From assembly GCA_964424565.1 (NCBI GenBank), contig CAYRIZ010000001.1:27450-91449 (forward strand): a DNA stretch of 64,000 nt. The letters are read 5' to 3'. Positions 29,662 through 40,606 of this stretch are shown here, piece by piece (the stretch's first letter is position 1; the number at the start of each line of letters is the position of its first letter). This stretch comes from an uncultured Enterobacterales bacterium. Its GTDB lineage: Bacteria; Pseudomonadota; Gammaproteobacteria; Enterobacterales; Succinivibrionaceae. Under the pieces are notes generated by a model. The model saw only the letters and a list, made by a program, of their open reading frames with translations, had not been told where the DNA came from and made no database searches. A program made the position numbers and the translations under genes.

Positions 29662-29893
29662 TTCAATCACATCACAAAACAAGCCCGGCCTGCAGTCCTC
29701 CTGGACTGCAGCTGCAGTGCATTGTAACAGGATTTACTCCCTGCGGCGGCCGGCAGCAAAGGCAAATTGCCCGGACCAGGGCAAAGTCTGCGTTAGATTT
29801 TGCCTGTGCTTTGCGGTAATATCTACTGTTAGTCTGCTGTGGTCAGGCAGCAAAATAAAGATTTGTCTGTTGGGTCTGCTCTGCTTTTTCAGG

Positions 29894-30544
29894 ATGGTCA
29901 AAGTGAGATTTAAAATAGGTCTTACCGGCGGTATTGCCTGCGGCAAAACCTCAGCCTGCAGAATTTTTGCCGCCCAGCATATTCCCATAGTCGATGCCGA
30001 TGTGATCTCGCATGAGCTTACCGCTCCGGGATCACCGCTACTGCCGCAGCTGGCCGCCACCTTTGGGCCGGGCATCATAGCCGCCGACGGCAGCCTGGAC
30101 CGCCGGGCCATGCGCAACCTGGTCTTTTCCGATGCCGGAGCCCTGCAGCAGCTCAATGCCCTGCTGCATCCGGCCATACACCGCCGCCTGCTGCAGGAGG
30201 CGGAGGAAAAAGAGCCTGCCGCCCCCTATGTGGTCCTGGCCGTGCCGCTGCTGTTTGAGCATCATCTGGAACATATGGTGGATCGCATCCTGGTGCTGGA
30301 CTGCAGCGAGGATCTGCAGCTGCAGCGCATCATGCAGCGTGACGGCTCCTCCGAGGCCGTGGCCCGCAGCATCATGAATAATCAGGTTTCGCGCAGTTTC
30401 CGGGTGGCGCATGCCGATGATCTGGCAGATACACAAAGCGGATCCCTGGCCCTGCTGGAAGAGAGGATTCTGCAGCTTCATCATAAATACTTACAGCTTG
30501 CAGCAGCACACAGCCGTGCTGATCTGCAGAGGCAGTTGATGTAA
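29894..30544 (+). CDS. coaE: Dephospho-CoA kinase
   Basis: KIGLTGGIACGKTSACRIFAAQHIPIVDADVISHEL is the CoaE P-loop N-terminus. Start is ATG 29894 or GTG 29903. The long upstream extension in the ORF track is not conserved-looking. Confidence 0.9.
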   Translation: MVKVRFKIGLTGGIACGKTSACRIFAAQHIPIVDADVISHELTAPGSPLLPQLAATFGPGIIAADGSLDRRAMRNLVFSDAGALQQLNALLHPAIHRRLLQEAEEKEPAAPYVVLAVPLLFEHHLEHMVDRILVLDCSEDLQLQRIMQRDGSSEAVARSIMNNQVSRSFRVAHADDLADTQSGSLALLEERILQLHHKYLQLAAAHSRADLQRQLM

Positions 30545-31290
30545 TGTACATTTACGATTTTCCCTTTAGCCCCAAGGCCAGGACTTATCTTAAATTTGAG
30601 GGGATCTTCAAGAGGATTGAGGCCTGCCAGTATCTCAATTCCAATGCTGAAACCATGGCGCTGCTGCGCGGCATCATAGACTACATGGATATGGTGGACG
30701 GCGCCGGCGGCTTCAAGCTGGATTTGGTCAAGGATCTGGACAGACTGGATCAGCGCCTGAAAATCTGGCAGCAGGATCCCGAGGCCGATCAGGAATTTGT
30801 AGCCGAACTGCGCGCCTCAGTCACCGCCTCCCGCCAGAGCCTGGAGAAATTCACCAGACAGCGCACCGTGCTGCAGCAGGATCCCATCATAGCCTGCATC
30901 AAGCCGCGTTTTCTGACCCCCTGCGGCGTAAACTGCTTTGATACGCCGCTTTTTGCCTACTGGAACTCCCTGCCGCGGGAGGAGAAGCGCCGGAGCGTCA
31001 GCATCTGGCTGCAGGAGCTGGAAGCCGTGCGTACCCCGGTGGCCACCATTCTCTATTTGTGGCGGCTGTGCGCCGACTTCAAACCGCGCCTGGCCCGCCG
31101 CGGCTTTATGCAGGAAATTGCCGAAAACTGCGATTTGATTGAAATTGCCTACCCCGAGAGCGTGCGCGGCTATCCGGTGGTCAGCGGTTTTCAGTCCAGC
31201 CTCAATGTACGCTTCATGGCCTATGAAAAAGGCACAGTGCTGGGCGATGTGGAATTTGAACTGGCTTATCTGGGGAATGCCGTACTGTGA
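30544..31290 (+). CDS. zapD: Cell division protein ZapD
   Basis: 248 aa, colinear with E. coli ZapD/YacF (FPFSPKARTYLKFEGIF..., C-terminal RFMAYEKG...EFELAY). Conserved coaE-zapD-yacG order. Confidence 0.85.
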   Translation: MYIYDFPFSPKARTYLKFEGIFKRIEACQYLNSNAETMALLRGIIDYMDMVDGAGGFKLDLVKDLDRLDQRLKIWQQDPEADQEFVAELRASVTASRQSLEKFTRQRTVLQQDPIIACIKPRFLTPCGVNCFDTPLFAYWNSLPREEKRRSVSIWLQELEAVRTPVATILYLWRLCADFKPRLARRGFMQEIAENCDLIEIAYPESVRGYPVVSGFQSSLNVRFMAYEKGTVLGDVEFELAYLGNAVL

Positions 31291-31607
31291 GTTTAAAAGA
31301 TCTGCTGCCTGCCGGCACCTTTGAGGAAATATGCGGCGAGGCCCGCCGCCACGTGATCAATACCGGAGGCAGGTCTCATGCCGCCGGCTTTACCGATGCC
31401 GCCGGAGTGCTCCGGGTGCGCTGTCCGCAGTGCGGCCGGGAAGTGATCTACAGTCCGGACAATCCCTTTCGGCCCTTCTGCTCCGAGGCCTGCCGCATTA
31501 TAGATTTGGGCGCCTGGGCCTCTGAGGAACACAAAGTGGCAGGCGAGCCGGTCAATCAGGATGAGGATGCCGATCTGCTGCAGGATCCTGCCCTGCCGCG
31601 CCGCTGA
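31287..31607 (+). CDS. yacG: DNA gyrase inhibitor YacG (zinc finger)
   Basis: VRCPQCGREVIYSPDNPFRPFCSEACRIIDLGAWASEEHKV is the YacG zinc-finger core. The true start is probably internal (E. coli YacG is 65 aa), with no in-frame ATG before the finger. Confidence 0.8.
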   Translation: MSLKDLLPAGTFEEICGEARRHVINTGGRSHAAGFTDAAGVLRVRCPQCGREVIYSPDNPFRPFCSEACRIIDLGAWASEEHKVAGEPVNQDEDADLLQDPALPRR

Positions 31608-31743
31608 TGCTGCCGGCCGGGACTTGTGAAAATCACAGAGCAGATCTAATCTAAAATTCATATTCAGCTTATACAACAGGATCAAGGCCTTGCAATACTT
31701 TGAGAAGTCCCGGGACGCTGCCCGGCATGTCAATATCAGTATT

Positions 31744-34326
31744 ATGTCAGCCGCTCTGGCCGCCGCCCTGACGGTACCGGCACATGCGGCAGTACAGGAA
31801 CAATCTTCCGGGACACAGGCCGAGACCGTACTGACCAGGCCGGTGGCCGTACGCCAGACTGACGGAGATCTTTTGGCCGAACAAAGAAGGCGCACTGTCA
31901 GCGACATGTCCACCCGCATCTACTATTTGATGCAGCAGTACAGCTCACAGCGCTTCCTGCAGAACAGGCATTTGTCGGCCGCCTCCACCTTCCCGCTGCG
32001 GCTGTTTGACACCCTGGCCCGCAACCCCTGGCAGCGCGCCCCCTTCATGCCGGTGCCGGATCGCGATCTGGCCTGCTACTACGGCATTCCGCCCTACCGC
32101 ACCCCGATGGAATATGATGTCAATACCACCCCGGTCAATATAGCCGCCGATTCTGTGACCGGCTCGCTGGAGCATGACATTATCTACGAGGGCAATGTGG
32201 AGCTGACCCAGGGCGACACCACCATGACGGCAGACCGCACCGCCTATGACGGCAGAAACGGCCTGCTCACTTCCTCGGGCAACATCACCTATCAGACCGG
32301 GGAATACACCATTACCTCGCAGAAGACTGTGGTCTTCGATATGAAAAGCAAGGTGACCTCCATAGAGGAGGCTCGGATTCAGCTCAACGGCTCGGTGGCC
32401 CGCGCCGAGGCTGAAGATATGGAAATAGATAATCAAAATGAGACGGCCACCATAGGGCGGCTGTCCTTTTCCACCTGCCCGGTATCAGATGAGGTGTGGT
32501 ACATCACTGCCGAGCAGATGGACATGGTCAAGGGCGAGGCCTACGGCTCGGCCCGCCATGCCACCGTCTGGATTAAGGACGTACCGGTCTTTTATCTGCC
32601 CTATGTGACCTTCCCCATATCCAATCAGCGCAAGAGCGGTCTGCTTTATCCTGAAATCAGCATTTCCTCAGGCAGCGGTTTTGATTACGCCCAGCCTGTA
32701 TATTTAAATCTGGCGCCCAATTACGACTATACCCTGACCCCGCGCTACATGAGCCGGCGCGGTGTAGCCCTGGGCAATGAATTCCGCTATATGCCCCTAG
32801 CCGGCAGCTCGGGCACCCTGAACCTGGACTTCATTCCCTATGACAACAACTGGGATCTGGCCGGCAGCGATCACAAGCGCTGGATGATCGACTGGAAGCA
32901 TCACTCCGAGTTCATGAACCGCGATCTCACCTTTGATGTGGATTTTGAGCGCGTCCGCCCCGGAGACTATGATTATCTGTCCGATCTGGGCAGCAGCGGC
33001 AGTACCAACATCACCGACGATCACCTGGTGCAGTCCCTGCGCGCCGCCTGGAACCGCCCCAGCTATGAACTGGGCATGGAAGTGCGCACCTATGAAAACC
33101 TGGTGCCCTACGAGGCCTCCATTATCAGGCCTTTCTCCATGCTGCCGCAGCTTAAGGGCTCCTATCATGAAACCTACGGCGCGGCATTGTTTGCCGTCAG
33201 CGGAGAAATCACCGAATTCGTCAGCCCTCATGAAACGGACTACAGCAGTTTTCAGACCACGCGCCTGCATGTGGAGCCTGAGATGTCCTATCAGGTCTAC
33301 AACAGCCGCGGCACTTCCCTGACCGCCGGCGGCAAGCTCTTTTTAAGCCACTATGAGCAGGACAGCCTGTCCGACCTGCCGGATTACTACCGTACCGATC
33401 TGGGCTTTACCAGACTGGACAGCAGTGCCAACCGCGCCTTGTATCTGCTGCAGCTGCGCGGCAAGACCACCCTGGAGCGGCGCGTGCTCGATCTGCGCCA
33501 TACCCAGACCCTGGAGCCGGAATTTGCCTACCGCTATATTCCGTACAAGAATCAGGATCACATAGGTCTGTATGACACCACGGACCGCATGACCGACTAC
33601 TACTCCAACTTCTCCTACCGGCACTTCACCGGCTTGGATCGCATAGCCGACGTCAATGAATTTACCTTTGGCTTTACCTCCAGACTGCTCGATCCCCACG
33701 ATCGCGAACAGCTGCGCCTGTCGGTGTCGCAGACCTACAGCTTTGTGCCCACCCGCGTGACCTTAAACCCCAGCGACTCGGCCTCGCGCTACCCGCGCTC
33801 CCCGCTGTCTTTCAGCGTCAATGCCAATCCGCTGGAAGGCTGGACTGTACACGGCTCCCTGAGCTATACCAATGAGACCAATTCCGTCTCCTCCTGGAAT
33901 GCCATGACCGAGTATGTCTCCCCGCAGGGACTGAAGGGCCAGATCAGCTACCGCTTTGCCCGGGACGGCAACCGTACCCTGGAAAACGATATAGTAAATC
34001 TCGATCAGCTCGGTCTGCTGCTGGAGCTGCCGATCACACGCAACCTCAAATTTATCGGTGCCTTCTATCATGATCTGGAACAGCATGATGACATAGACAA
34101 GAAATTTGCCCTGCGCTATGAAGAGTGCTGCTGGGCTATAACCGGCATGATCGAGGAATACAACAAAACCGACTGGGAAGATCTGACCCGCGAGCGGGAA
34201 ACCCGCTTCGGCATACAATTTGAGTTCAAGGGTCTGGGCGCCGTCAATGTCAGCGGCAACAAGGATCCGGCCTCCCTGGATACGGCGCTGCTGGATCACT
34301 TCAACCCGACTAACCTGAACAACTGA
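31744..34326 (+). CDS. lptD: LPS-assembly outer-membrane protein LptD
   Basis: About 860 aa with signal MSAALAAALTVPAHA, an OstA-like N-terminal domain (GNVELTQGDTTMTADR) and a large beta-barrel. Conserved position upstream of surA-pdxA-rsmA. Start at ATG 31744; the track start at 31690 is a TTG. Confidence 0.92.
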   Translation: MSAALAAALTVPAHAAVQEQSSGTQAETVLTRPVAVRQTDGDLLAEQRRRTVSDMSTRIYYLMQQYSSQRFLQNRHLSAASTFPLRLFDTLARNPWQRAPFMPVPDRDLACYYGIPPYRTPMEYDVNTTPVNIAADSVTGSLEHDIIYEGNVELTQGDTTMTADRTAYDGRNGLLTSSGNITYQTGEYTITSQKTVVFDMKSKVTSIEEARIQLNGSVARAEAEDMEIDNQNETATIGRLSFSTCPVSDEVWYITAEQMDMVKGEAYGSARHATVWIKDVPVFYLPYVTFPISNQRKSGLLYPEISISSGSGFDYAQPVYLNLAPNYDYTLTPRYMSRRGVALGNEFRYMPLAGSSGTLNLDFIPYDNNWDLAGSDHKRWMIDWKHHSEFMNRDLTFDVDFERVRPGDYDYLSDLGSSGSTNITDDHLVQSLRAAWNRPSYELGMEVRTYENLVPYEASIIRPFSMLPQLKGSYHETYGAALFAVSGEITEFVSPHETDYSSFQTTRLHVEPEMSYQVYNSRGTSLTAGGKLFLSHYEQDSLSDLPDYYRTDLGFTRLDSSANRALYLLQLRGKTTLERRVLDLRHTQTLEPEFAYRYIPYKNQDHIGLYDTTDRMTDYYSNFSYRHFTGLDRIADVNEFTFGFTSRLLDPHDREQLRLSVSQTYSFVPTRVTLNPSDSASRYPRSPLSFSVNANPLEGWTVHGSLSYTNETNSVSSWNAMTEYVSPQGLKGQISYRFARDGNRTLENDIVNLDQLGLLLELPITRNLKFIGAFYHDLEQHDDIDKKFALRYEECCWAITGMIEEYNKTDWEDLTRERETRFGIQFEFKGLGAVNVSGNKDPASLDTALLDHFNPTNLNN

Positions 34327-34404
34327 CATTCAAAGCAAAATACTCTTAACAGCTGCACTGCCATGCTAAAATCAGTGCTGTTGTTTTTGTGTGAGGATCT
34401 GATT

Positions 34405-35739
34405 GTGAATAAATTTGCACGAAAATTAGCCGTGCTGCTGTCATTCGTGCTGTGCACCGGCTATGCCAGCGCTGAGGAACAGACTCTCGATTCTGCTGCC
34501 GCCATTGTCAACAATGACATCATCCTGGTCAGTGAGCTCAATGATGCCCAGAGTGAAATGGCCCGCAGCTTTGCCAGCCGCGGTATGCCGGTGGACAGCA
34601 TCAGCACCCGCAAGGCTGCCCTGGAAGGCCTGATCACCCGCAGTCTGGTACTGCAGCTGGCGGAAAGACAGGGCTATGTCTTAACCGACATGCAGCTGGA
34701 CAATGCCATAGCCCAGACTGCCGCCCAGCAAGGCATCAGCGAGCAGGAGCTGCTCGCCCAGTCCGCCCCCGGCATGTCCTCCGCCCAGGCCAGAGAAGTT
34801 TTCCGCAACGATTTGCTCCTCAGTGAAGTGCGCCGCGCCCGCGTGCGCTCCCGCATCAATATCTCAGACACTGAAGTGGATCTGCTGGCCTCCAATCTGC
34901 GCCACGCCGGCTCGGTGGAGCCGCAGTATCACTTAGCTCAGATCATTGTGCCGCTGCAGGGCCGCAATCCCGCCCGCGCCAATCAGGATATGCAGGAAAT
35001 ACGCGCCCAGCTGCGGGAAGGCGCTGACTTCAATACCCTGGCCGCCCGCTACTCCGTAGGCTCAGTGGCCGCCCAGGCCGGAGATTTGGGCTATCTGCCC
35101 GAGACTCAGGTACCGCCTCCCTTCCTGCCGGCCATACTCAAGGCCAAGCCCGGCGATGTGCTCGGTCCCTTCAGATCTCCCTTTGGCATACATCTGCTCA
35201 AGCTCTACGATGTCTCCCACGATGCCGTGCGTCCCATCTCGCTGTATGACGCCAGCCACATCCTGCTGCAGACCTCCATCATCTTCTCCGATGATGCCGC
35301 CCGCGAGGAACTGCTGGGGATGAAAAGACAAATAGAAAACGGCAGTCTGAGTTTTGCCGAGGCCGCCCGCCGCTTCTCTGAAGATCCGGGCTCTGCCATT
35401 AACGGCGGCGATCTGGGTTATGCCACCCCCGACCGCTACGATCCTCTGTTTGCCCGCGCCATGGTGTCCTTAAAGCCAGGTCAGATTTCAGATCCCATCA
35501 AGTCAAGCTTCGGCTGGCACCTCATTTACCTCAAGGACATCAAAATAGACCGCGATTCCGATGAGGCCTACCGTCAAAAGGCCCGCGATCTCATCTACCG
35601 CCGGATGTACCGTGAGGAATCCGCCGCCTGGGAGCGCGAACTGCGCGACAGCGCCTATATACATGTGCTGGATCAGCAGCTCCTGCAGGCCAACATAGAC
35701 ATGGATCAGGATGCCCTGCCCCCCGGCGGCAGCCGTTAG
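34405..35739 (+). CDS. surA: Periplasmic chaperone / peptidyl-prolyl isomerase SurA
   Basis: Signal (M)NKFARKLAVLLSFVLCTGYASA from GTG 34405 (GAGGA 8 nt upstream). Two parvulin domains (GDLGYLPE...FGIHLLKL, GGDLGYATP...FGWHLIYL). Confidence 0.92.
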   Translation: MNKFARKLAVLLSFVLCTGYASAEEQTLDSAAAIVNNDIILVSELNDAQSEMARSFASRGMPVDSISTRKAALEGLITRSLVLQLAERQGYVLTDMQLDNAIAQTAAQQGISEQELLAQSAPGMSSAQAREVFRNDLLLSEVRRARVRSRINISDTEVDLLASNLRHAGSVEPQYHLAQIIVPLQGRNPARANQDMQEIRAQLREGADFNTLAARYSVGSVAAQAGDLGYLPETQVPPPFLPAILKAKPGDVLGPFRSPFGIHLLKLYDVSHDAVRPISLYDASHILLQTSIIFSDDAAREELLGMKRQIENGSLSFAEAARRFSEDPGSAINGGDLGYATPDRYDPLFARAMVSLKPGQISDPIKSSFGWHLIYLKDIKIDRDSDEAYRQKARDLIYRRMYREESAAWERELRDSAYIHVLDQQLLQANIDMDQDALPPGGSR

Positions 35740-35790
35740 GCCGTCTTCAGCCTGCATGCCTGCAGCTCTGGATCTGTGGTATCAATTCGG

Positions 35791-35818
35791 CCCCGCCGGC
35801 AGGCGGGGTCTGTTTATT
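35791..35818 (+). terminator. GC-rich hairpin with a T-rich tail after surA (possible attenuator)
   Basis: ccccgcc (35791..35797) pairs with ggcgggg (35802..35808) across a 4 nt loop, followed by tctgtttatt. Confidence 0.4.
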
Positions 35819-35872
35819 CCCTCAATTCTCAACCTTACCCATGGAGGCAGTGCCTGCCGGCACTGAAAATCA

Positions 35873-36886
35873 ATGCAGCAGGTAAAACGCATTGCTGTCA
35901 CCCCCGGAGAACCGGCCGGCATCGGCCCCGAGCTGATGTATCACCTGGCCGTACGCTCCTTCAGGCATGAACTGGTCATCATAGCCGATCCCGACCTCAT
36001 AGCCGCCAGAATGCGGATCTTCCCGCAGGGCGGGGACATCAAAATCAGGATCTGTGACCCGGCCGCCCCGGCACAGTCTTCGGCTACCGGCTGTCTTTGT
36101 GTATTGCCGGTACCGCTGGGTGCCCCTGCCACTCCCGGAGTGCTGAATGTGCAGAACGCGCCTTATGTGCTCTCCTGCCTGGATCGGGCCCATGAGGGGC
36201 TGCTGCGCGGCGAGTTTGCCGCCCTGGTGACCGGGCCGGTCAGCAAGAGCATCATAGACGGCAGCGGACTGAAATTCACCGGCCACACCGAGTATCTGCA
36301 GCAGAAATGCGGCGTCAGCCGGGTGGTAATGCTGCTGGGCTGCCCCACCCTCAAGGTAGCCCTGGCCACCACGCATCTGCCCCTAAAGGAGGTCAGCGCC
36401 GCCATCACCCCGCAGCTGCTCACCGAGGTCATAACCATACTGCATCACGATCTGCAGAGCAAATTCGGCATAGCCAAACCCAAAATCTTTATAGCCGGGC
36501 TCAATCCTCATGCCGGCGAGGACGGCCACCTGGGCCATGAAGAGCAGGAAGTGATCATCCCGGTCATAGAGAGACTGCAGCAGCAGGGACTGGATCTGAT
36601 CGGCCCCCTGCCGGCCGACACCATGTTCACGCCGCAGTATCTGGCCGAGGCAGATGCCTTTTTGACCATGTATCACGATCAGGGACTGCCGGTGCTCAAA
36701 TACGCCGGTTTTGATCAGGGCTACAATACCACCCTGGGTCTGCCCTATATCCGCACTTCAGTAGATCACGGCACCGCCCTGGCCCTGGCCGGCCAGGGCA
36801 CGGCCGATCCCGGCTCCCTGTTCTCAGCCGTGGAGCTGGCCGCCGAGATGATCGAAAGTGCCGTCAACCTTCAGGAGGAAAAGTAA
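35873..36886 (+). CDS. pdxA: 4-hydroxythreonine-4-phosphate dehydrogenase
   Basis: [36 protein letters not shown] and [12 protein letters not shown]. Confidence 0.95.
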   Translation: MQQVKRIAVTPGEPAGIGPELMYHLAVRSFRHELVIIADPDLIAARMRIFPQGGDIKIRICDPAAPAQSSATGCLCVLPVPLGAPATPGVLNVQNAPYVLSCLDRAHEGLLRGEFAALVTGPVSKSIIDGSGLKFTGHTEYLQQKCGVSRVVMLLGCPTLKVALATTHLPLKEVSAAITPQLLTEVITILHHDLQSKFGIAKPKIFIAGLNPHAGEDGHLGHEEQEVIIPVIERLQQQGLDLIGPLPADTMFTPQYLAEADAFLTMYHDQGLPVLKYAGFDQGYNTTLGLPYIRTSVDHGTALALAGQGTADPGSLFSAVELAAEMIESAVNLQEEK

Positions 36887-36887
36887 C

Positions 36888-37706
36888 ATGGCCCTGCCCC
36901 CTCCCCATTTGAAAGCCCGCAAGCGTTTCGGGCAGAACTTTCTGGTAGATGACAGCGTCATCAGCGCCATAGTCAATGCCATCAATCCCAAACCAGGGCA
37001 GTATCTGGTGGAAATAGGTCCGGGACACGCCGCCCTGACCCGCCCGGTGCTGGAGCGGGCCGGTGCCCTGACGGCCGTGGAGCTGGACCGCGATCTGGTG
37101 GAAATACTGCAGCACGATCCCTTCTTAAAGGGCCTGACCTTAATAGCCGGCGATGCCATGAAGCTGGACTACAGCGCCCTGCCCGGAGCTGCTGAAGGCA
37201 AACTGCGCGTCTTCGGCAACCTGCCCTACAACATCACCTCCCCGCTCATCTTCCATCTGCTCGGTCAGACCGGCATACAGGACATGCACTTTATGCTGCA
37301 GAAGGAAGTGGTGGAGCGCCTGGCCGCCGGTCCCCACAGCAAGGACTACGGCCGCCTGACCGTGATGGCCCAGTATCTGGCCGAGGTGATCCCGGTGCTG
37401 GAAGTGCCGCCGCGCGCCTTCAGGCCGGCCCCCAAGGTCACCTCAGCCGTAGTCAGGCTGCTGCCCAAAGCCCTGACCCCACAAGAGCGCGCCCTCACCC
37501 CTTATTTAAATCAGGTGGCCACCGCCGCCTTTGGGGCGCGGCGCAAGACCCTGCGCAATGCCTTAGGCAAATTGTTTGCCGGCCTGCTCGATGACCTGCC
37601 CTGCGATCTTAGTCTGCGCGCCGAGGATCTGCCCCTGGCCTCTTATGTGGAGCTGGCAGAGTTTCTGCAGCAGCATCAGCCGCAGCCCGAACCCCAGGAG
37701 GAATGA
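36888..37706 (+). CDS. rsmA: 16S rRNA (adenine1518/1519-N6)-dimethyltransferase
   Basis: [23 protein letters not shown]...[11 protein letters not shown]...[17 protein letters not shown] 36888 lies 1 nt after the pdxA stop, with AGGAGGA upstream. Confidence 0.95.
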   Translation: MALPPPHLKARKRFGQNFLVDDSVISAIVNAINPKPGQYLVEIGPGHAALTRPVLERAGALTAVELDRDLVEILQHDPFLKGLTLIAGDAMKLDYSALPGAAEGKLRVFGNLPYNITSPLIFHLLGQTGIQDMHFMLQKEVVERLAAGPHSKDYGRLTVMAQYLAEVIPVLEVPPRAFRPAPKVTSAVVRLLPKALTPQERALTPYLNQVATAAFGARRKTLRNALGKLFAGLLDDLPCDLSLRAEDLPLASYVELAEFLQQHQPQPEPQEE

Positions 37707-38932
37707 TGTCTGAGTTTTCTACCCCCGTGCTGGAACTGCTGGCCCGCTCCAAGGACACCTTTGCCGGCCGCACCGCCGTATTTGCCGGCAGTATTACCGA
37801 TCCTGCCGTGCTGCATCTGGCCAAGCTCTGCAGCCGGGCCGTGGTACTGTGCGACGATTACACCGCCGCCTGCGGCATGGCCGCCCTGCTGGGACAGGAA
37901 CTGCCGCCGCGGCTTAATGCCTCAGTCACCTTAAACCACATCACGGTGATCTATACCGCCCCGCAGCTGTTCGAGCCGCCGCAGTGCGATCTGTTCTGCC
38001 TGCTGCTGCACAAATCCAAGCCGGTCAATCAGTATCTGCTGGCTGCCGTCACCCGTGAGCTGATCCCCGACGGGCTTATTCTGGCCGCCGGAGCCAATGA
38101 TGCCGGAGGGCGCAGTGCCGACAGCTATTTGGAAAGCCACGGCATGCTCTACAAAAAGGACAGCGCCCGCAAATGCACGCTGTGGCAGCTGCATTTCAAC
38201 AAACACCTGCCCTTTGCATATCCGCCGCAGAGTTTGGTGTTGAGCGATGAGCAGCGCCGGCGCTGCAGTGCTGAGCTGGGTGAAATCTATGCCGGGCACA
38301 ATTGTGATGCCGCAGGCAAACCTTATCTGAGCCTGCAGCAGGAGCCGGGTGCCCTGCTGCCGCAGCTCAAACTCAACCTGCAGGGACACTGTCTGCCGCT
38401 GTGGCAGGATGTGAATGTCTTCAGTCCCGGCCGGCTGGATGAGGGCACGGCACAGCTCATTTCCTGTCTGCCTGATTTTGCCCGCAGCCCGGCTTTGGAT
38501 CTGTGCTGCGGCTGCGGCGTGGTGGGACTGACGCTCTGCGCCATGGGCATCAGGACGGCCTTCTGCGATCTCTCGGCGGCAGCGCTGTTTTTGACCGAGC
38601 TCAACTTAAGCGCCTGCGGTCTGCGGGAGTTTTCCCTGGGAGTTCGGGCCTCCAATATGCTCTCCGATCTCCCCGCCGGGGACGGCTTTGGGCTGATTGC
38701 CGTCAATCCTCCCTTCCATCAGGGAGTAAACCGCCTGCACACCCCGGCCCGCAGTTTGTTTGCCGAGGTGAAAAATTATCTGCAGCCTGGCGGCTGCCTG
38801 CTCTGCGTGGGCAATGCCTTTTTGGGCTATGACCGCCTGCTGCCGCTGCATCTGCCTGAAGTCCGCGTGGCCGCCCGCAGCAGCCGCTTTGTCACCACGG
38901 CCGCCTCCGTCTCTCCACTGCCCGGGGCCTGA
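37703..38932 (+). CDS. RsmC/RlmG-family rRNA (guanine-N2)-methyltransferase
   Basis: C-terminal domain [15 protein letters not shown]...[15 protein letters not shown]...[11 protein letters not shown] (the NPPF motif of N2-guanine methyltransferases), preceded by a degenerate N-terminal MTase-like domain. The ATG overlaps the rsmA stop (ATGA). Confidence 0.7.
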   Translation: MMSEFSTPVLELLARSKDTFAGRTAVFAGSITDPAVLHLAKLCSRAVVLCDDYTAACGMAALLGQELPPRLNASVTLNHITVIYTAPQLFEPPQCDLFCLLLHKSKPVNQYLLAAVTRELIPDGLILAAGANDAGGRSADSYLESHGMLYKKDSARKCTLWQLHFNKHLPFAYPPQSLVLSDEQRRRCSAELGEIYAGHNCDAAGKPYLSLQQEPGALLPQLKLNLQGHCLPLWQDVNVFSPGRLDEGTAQLISCLPDFARSPALDLCCGCGVVGLTLCAMGIRTAFCDLSAAALFLTELNLSACGLREFSLGVRASNMLSDLPAGDGFGLIAVNPPFHQGVNRLHTPARSLFAEVKNYLQPGGCLLCVGNAFLGYDRLLPLHLPEVRVAARSSRFVTTAASVSPLPGA

Positions 38933-39089
38933 AACGGAGAATATTGACTTTTAGCGGCCAAAAAAGGCCGTAAAACCGGTTTTTATAAACTTTATGCCGC
39001 CTGCTGCTGCGCCGCAGGCGGCGTGGGCTGTTATCATTTATCTCTAATCTTTTTAGTTCTGCTCCACTCCCAAAAGAGGGCCTCTTTTC

Positions 39090-40547
39090 ATGACGCAGTT
39101 TGACAAACGCAACATCTCCATGCTGATTGACCTTTATGAGATCATGATGGCCAACGGCTATTTCGTAAATCAGGAAGCGGAAACGGAAGTCATCTTTGAC
39201 GTTTTCTACCGCAAAAACCCCGATGGTGCCGGTTTTGCCATATTCGCAGGACTGGAGCAGGTACTGGAGTATCTGGAAAATCTGCACTTTGATGCAGATG
39301 ACATAGCCTATCTGCGCTCGCTGCACCTCTTTGATGAAAAGTTTCTGCAGGTCCTGGCCAATTACCACTTCCGGGGTACCGTGCGCTCCATACCCGAGGG
39401 TACCATTATGTACCCCTACGAGCCGGTCATGAGCATCTGCGCCCCGCTGCTCGATGCCCAGATCATAGAAACGGCCGTGCTCACCCAGATCAATCATCAG
39501 TCCCTGATTGCCACCAAGACGCAGCGCATAGTCAATGCCGCCCAGGGCCGTCCGGTGGCCGACTTCGGCGCCCGCCGGGCCCACAATGTGGACAGCGCCG
39601 TCTATGGCGCCAGAGCCAGCTTTATAGGCGGTGCTTCCGGTACTGCCACCCTGCTGGCCGGCCAGATGTTCGATATTCCGGTCAGCGGCACCATGGCCCA
39701 CAGCTTTGTGATGTTCCACAAGGATGAATTTACCGCCTTCAAGCTGTTCGCCGAGCTCTATCCCGAGCGCTCAGTAATGCTGGTGGACACCTACGATGTG
39801 CTCAAATCAGGCATTCCCAATGCCATACGCGTGGCCCATGAAGTACTGGAGCCCAAGGGACACCGCCTCAAGGGCATACGCATAGATTCAGGCGATTTGG
39901 CCTACCTCTCCAAGGAAGCGCGGCGCATGCTCAATGCCGCCGGCCTGCAGGACTGCCAGGTGGTGGCCTCCAACAGCCTGGATGAGTACACCATACGCTC
40001 CCTGCTCGATCAGGGCGGCACTATAGATTCCTTTGGTGTGGGCGAGAGACTGATCACCGCCAAGAGCGATCCTGTGTTCGGCGCCGTCTACAAGCTGGCG
40101 GCCATCAAGCAGGACGGCAAATGGATCCCCAAAATCAAGATTTCCGAGAATGCCGAAAAGATCACCAACCCCGGCGAAAAGAGACTGTGGCGCATCTACA
40201 ATGACACCGGTCATGCCGTAGCCGATCTCATCACCCTGGCATATGAAGAGCCCGATTTCTCCCAGCCTTATGCCTATATAGATCCGCGCCGGCCCTGGAA
40301 GCGCTCCTCCTTTAAGGGCTGCACCGGCAAACAGCTGCTGGAAGTGGTGCTGCAGGACGGCAAACGCACTCAGCCGCCGCGCAGCCTCAGGGAGATCCGC
40401 GACTATGTCCGCCATCAGCTGGATCATGAGATCTGGAAGGAAGAGCAGCGCTTTGAAAACCCGCATCATCACTTCCTGGACATGAGCCCGGCCTACTACA
40501 ACATGAAGATGAAACTGCTGGCCGACGCCCAGAATTTTGACAATTAA
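39090..40547 (+). CDS. pncB: Nicotinate phosphoribosyltransferase
   Basis: 485 aa. LIDLYEIMMANGYF, FGARRAH, GTMAHSFVM, RIDSGDLAYLS and FGVGERLIT are NAPRTase motifs. Confidence 0.9.
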   Translation: MTQFDKRNISMLIDLYEIMMANGYFVNQEAETEVIFDVFYRKNPDGAGFAIFAGLEQVLEYLENLHFDADDIAYLRSLHLFDEKFLQVLANYHFRGTVRSIPEGTIMYPYEPVMSICAPLLDAQIIETAVLTQINHQSLIATKTQRIVNAAQGRPVADFGARRAHNVDSAVYGARASFIGGASGTATLLAGQMFDIPVSGTMAHSFVMFHKDEFTAFKLFAELYPERSVMLVDTYDVLKSGIPNAIRVAHEVLEPKGHRLKGIRIDSGDLAYLSKEARRMLNAAGLQDCQVVASNSLDEYTIRSLLDQGGTIDSFGVGERLITAKSDPVFGAVYKLAAIKQDGKWIPKIKISENAEKITNPGEKRLWRIYNDTGHAVADLITLAYEEPDFSQPYAYIDPRRPWKRSSFKGCTGKQLLEVVLQDGKRTQPPRSLREIRDYVRHQLDHEIWKEEQRFENPHHHFLDMSPAYYNMKMKLLADAQNFDN

Positions 40548-40573
40548 TGCTCCCGGCTGCGGCAGAGAAAACC

Positions 40574-40606
40574 CAGCCTGCTGCCGCAGTTGCGGGCTGC
40601 TTTTTT
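40574..40606 (+). terminator. Rho-independent terminator of pncB
   Basis: cagcctgc (40574..40581) pairs with gcgggctg (40592..40599), one G-U pair, 10 nt loop, followed by TTTTTT (40601..40606). Confidence 0.6.

Noticed and set aside
31625-31637. TGTGAAAATCACA palindrome between yacG and lptD, as a CRP site
   Set aside because: The half-sites are separated by 3 nt rather than the 6 nt required for CRP. It is kept only as a small palindrome.
38892-39719. 275 aa minus-strand ORF overlapping the pncB 5' half and its upstream region
   Set aside because: pncB on the plus strand is strongly supported. The antisense product is Gly/His/Ala-rich with no motif.
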